A DNA stretch of 64,000 nt from an uncultured Bacilli bacterium (GTDB taxonomy: Bacteria; Bacillota_I; Bacilli_A; RF39; UBA660): positions 349 to 64,348 of the forward strand of contig CAKOJQ010000004.1 in assembly GCA_934090795.1 (NCBI GenBank), read 5' to 3'. The notes under the pieces were generated by a model. That model did no database searches. It was not told where the DNA came from and worked only from the letters and a program-made list of their open reading frames with translations. How positions within the stretch are numbered: position 1 is the stretch's first letter; each line of letters starts with the position of its first letter. Of the stretch, positions 63,887-64,000 are shown one piece after another. The position numbers and the translations under genes are program-made.

Positions 63887-64000
63887 TTATTTAAAACACC
63901 TATCATCAAGACCAAGAGCGGATACGAATTTGATACAAGCACTTTTTTTGATATATCTAACTTTATCTTTACCATAAGATATTATATCCATAATTTCATC
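63887..64000 (-). CDS. 3' end of an ORF continuing beyond the window
   Basis: Open minus-strand frame (...DEIMDIISYGKDKVRYIKKSACIKFVSALGLDDRCFK-stop) reaching the window edge. Confidence 0.3.
   Translation of the reverse strand, partial: DEIMDIISYGKDKVRYIKKSACIKFVSALGLDDRCFK

Larger units (their letters stand above)
41500..64000. mobile_element. Integrative conjugative element (right/far end outside window)
   Basis: A co-oriented minus-strand block: serine recombinase, relaxase, RHH proteins, T4CP, VirB4-like, VirB6-like, M23 hydrolase, sortase with adhesin, SSB and Dcm. No phage structural genes. Confidence 0.8.

Noticed and set aside
1-64000. Possible alternative genetic code (for example TGA as Trp), given the extreme AT richness and Mollicutes-like protein composition.
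   Set aside because: Long conserved genes (uvrA, ftsH, pheT, essC) read through cleanly in code 11. TGA also terminates well-defined ORFs, for example at 32266-32268, 4474-4476 and 41341-41343.
41500-64000. The co-oriented block could have been a prophage.
   Set aside because: It has no terminase, portal, capsid, tail or holin genes. Instead it carries relaxase, T4CP, VirB4-like and VirB6-like genes, sortase with adhesin, and an oriT-like region.

Overview
This is a very AT-rich, low-GC Gram-positive (Bacillota-type) chromosomal window. By eye the gene content looks Erysipelotrichia- or Clostridia-like. All calls come from reading the ORF translations and the DNA; no database search was run, so domain names are motif-level recognitions. 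The standard code 11 fits: ORFs are long and TGA is used as a stop.

The window has three parts.

(1) 1-31.0 kb is a plus-strand housekeeping backbone.
- It starts with a cell-envelope glycopolymer cluster: a WecG/TagA-like transferase, a GtrB-like GT2, a polymerase-like + GT4 + Alg14-like triple fusion with a separate Alg13-like partner, a HAD-GtrA fusion and a CDP-alcohol phosphatidyltransferase.
- It continues with a MacB-like ABC fusion, pduL, dusB, uvrA, a Phe T-box leader with pheS and pheT, and an RNase R with four N-terminal winged-helix-like repeats.
- It ends with rplM-rpsI, tilS-ftsH, parA-parB-DUF951 and an AbgT transporter.

(2) 31.15-41.35 kb is a pared-down type VII secretion (T7SSb-like) locus.
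- It encodes EssC, a YukD/EsaB-like ubiquitin-fold protein, three WXG100-type small proteins and two larger proteins. Each larger protein has a helical WXG/LXG-like N-terminus and a putative cell-wall-hydrolase-like domain.
- One of these also carries 18 tandem PSEPTT repeats.
- Immediately after essC there is an unexpected receiver-like + degenerate MinD/ParA-like protein with a MinD-style C-terminal amphipathic helix.
- No EssA, EssB or EsaA-like membrane partner is recognisable.

(3) From about 41.5 kb to the window end (at least 22.5 kb, all minus strand) is an integrative conjugative element.
- Its large serine recombinase abuts a 13-codon stub of what looks like an amidase gene.
- It also carries a MOBP-type relaxase with RHH accessory proteins, an IR-rich oriT candidate containing an ATCCTG|C nic-like core, and a coupling protein.
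- Transfer functions include VirB4-, VirB6- and M23-type components.
- Other cargo includes an orphan C5 cytosine methyltransferase, an ArdC-N-like protein, an SSB, a sortase, and a thioester-domain/Cna-B surface adhesin with a non-LPXTG sorting signal.

No rRNA, tRNA or CRISPR array was seen.
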